The notes below the pieces were generated by a model that was not told the origin of the DNA, made no database searches, and saw only the letters and a program-made list of their open reading frames with translations. Of a DNA stretch of 56,733 bases, positions 55,808-56,733 are shown piece by piece (the first letter of the stretch is position 1; every line of letters starts with the position of its first letter). Made by a program: the position numbers and the translations under genes. Source of the stretch: a virus (taxonomy: Duplodnaviria; Caudoviricetes); the IMG/VR virus record IMGVR_UViG_3300025087_000080, positions 1 to 56,733 of that record. One strand, given 5' to 3'.

Positions 55808-55825
55808 GAAAGAAAGGATTTATAC

Positions 55826-56572
55826 ATGGCTATTTTATCAGCCGTTTCTGGACTTAACACGGCGACAGCAGACAAAACAGCACAACTCGGGGACATCTTC
55901 TATGATGGAACCGACAAGTACGTTTACGTACAAGCCAAGACCGCTGTTGCTACTGCGAATTTGTTGCTGATGAACAGTGCTGGTGTCAGTTTGGATGTTG
56001 TACTTACAGGATATGCGGGTACCGCAACCGCGACTGGTAAGCACGAAGGTGTTACTTATGCTGCTGGGGCGATCCTGTATTATGCAACTGGCGGGTTGAC
56101 TGCCAATCAGTACAGTGGGTTCAAGATGCTTGTGGATGACTCCACAGACACCACAGAAGAGGGACAGTACGCCACGGTAGTGGGAAATTCAGCAGATCAT
56201 TTGTTCCTTGATCGTGCGTTGACAACCACACTGAATGCAGCAGATGCTGATATAACATTGTTTAATCAGTATCATGTTGCTCCTGCGACGGCAAGCACTG
56301 AAGTGATTCCTGTGGGTGTTGCTCCGATCACTGTCACGGATGAGTATTATTTCTGGATGCAGACTGAAGGTGTATGCTGGTTACCTGAAGGCGGTGGAAC
56401 TCAAACCGCCAATCTCAACATCGTTTCTGGTGACGATTTGTCTGGTGGTGGCGGGACGATTCTTGGCACAACTGCTGAAGGCCCGTATGACGCTCGTAAT
56501 GTGGGCTATATTCTCTATGGGGCCGGGACGGCAAATGCGCTTGTGCTTGTCAGACTTGCACTTCCGAAGTAA
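55826..56572 (+). CDS. Capsid decoration/accessory protein, paralogue 1
   Basis: Immediately after the MCP; 'LG......KYVYVQA' and 'DEYYFWMQTEG'. Confidence 0.7.
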   Translation: MAILSAVSGLNTATADKTAQLGDIFYDGTDKYVYVQAKTAVATANLLLMNSAGVSLDVVLTGYAGTATATGKHEGVTYAAGAILYYATGGLTANQYSGFKMLVDDSTDTTEEGQYATVVGNSADHLFLDRALTTTLNAADADITLFNQYHVAPATASTEVIPVGVAPITVTDEYYFWMQTEGVCWLPEGGGTQTANLNIVSGDDLSGGGGTILGTTAEGPYDARNVGYILYGAGTANALVLVRLALPK

Positions 56573-56574
56573 CA

Positions 56575-56733
56575 CAAAACAAACTTCCACGCATGACAGG
56601 GTCTCACGGCTCTGTCATGCAGGATTTTTCAGGAGATAAAATTCATGGCAAGACTTTCTAGTTTAACCAATGAGTCAGGAGTATCGCAACTCATTAGCGA
56701 GATCTCGGCAACTGCGGTATTCGACTTAGGTGA
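56575..56733. repeat. Terminal overlap, copy 2
   Basis: Matches 1..159 with 3 mismatches. Confidence 0.95.

Noticed and set aside
1-56733. Stop-codon reassignment or alternative genetic code
   Set aside because: Core genes (terL, portal, MCP, dnaB, dnaN) are full length in the standard code, and all three stops are used at gene ends.

Overview
The window is an apparently complete, circularly permuted genome (~56.6 kb) of a tailed dsDNA phage, probably short-tailed (podovirus-like). Bases 1-159 recur at 56575-56733 with 3 mismatches. The + strand late arm (46.5 kb round to 19.0 kb) encodes SSB, a DNA methyltransferase, terminase subunits, portal, scaffold, major capsid protein, three tandem paralogous capsid-accessory proteins, adaptors, nozzle, ejection proteins, a fibre and the lysis genes. 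The - strand early/middle arm (19.1-46.4 kb) encodes a second methyltransferase, a class II aaRS paralogue without an anticodon-binding domain, DnaB, a replication initiator with internal iterons, an RNA ligase, a YqaJ nuclease with a putative annealing protein, a full host-type beta clamp (dnaN), an HTH protein, a tyrosine recombinase, an ADP-ribosyltransferase-like protein and a RepA-type helicase. I recognised no DNA or RNA polymerase, reverse transcriptase, CRISPR array or complete tRNA. Canonical sigma70 promoters and strong Shine-Dalgarno (SD) sites are used. The most unusual signals are non-coding: (i) an early gene array punctuated by a repeated 17-nt hairpin, a tRNA-like minihelix and three near-identical promoter/operator units beside the recombinase; (ii) a 30-bp palindromic site present twice in inverted orientation; (iii) many different 15-34 bp palindromes concentrated at the presumed genome end; (iv) candidate regulatory RNAs. 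All family and domain names come from motif recognition by eye, not from searches, and need HMM or structure confirmation.
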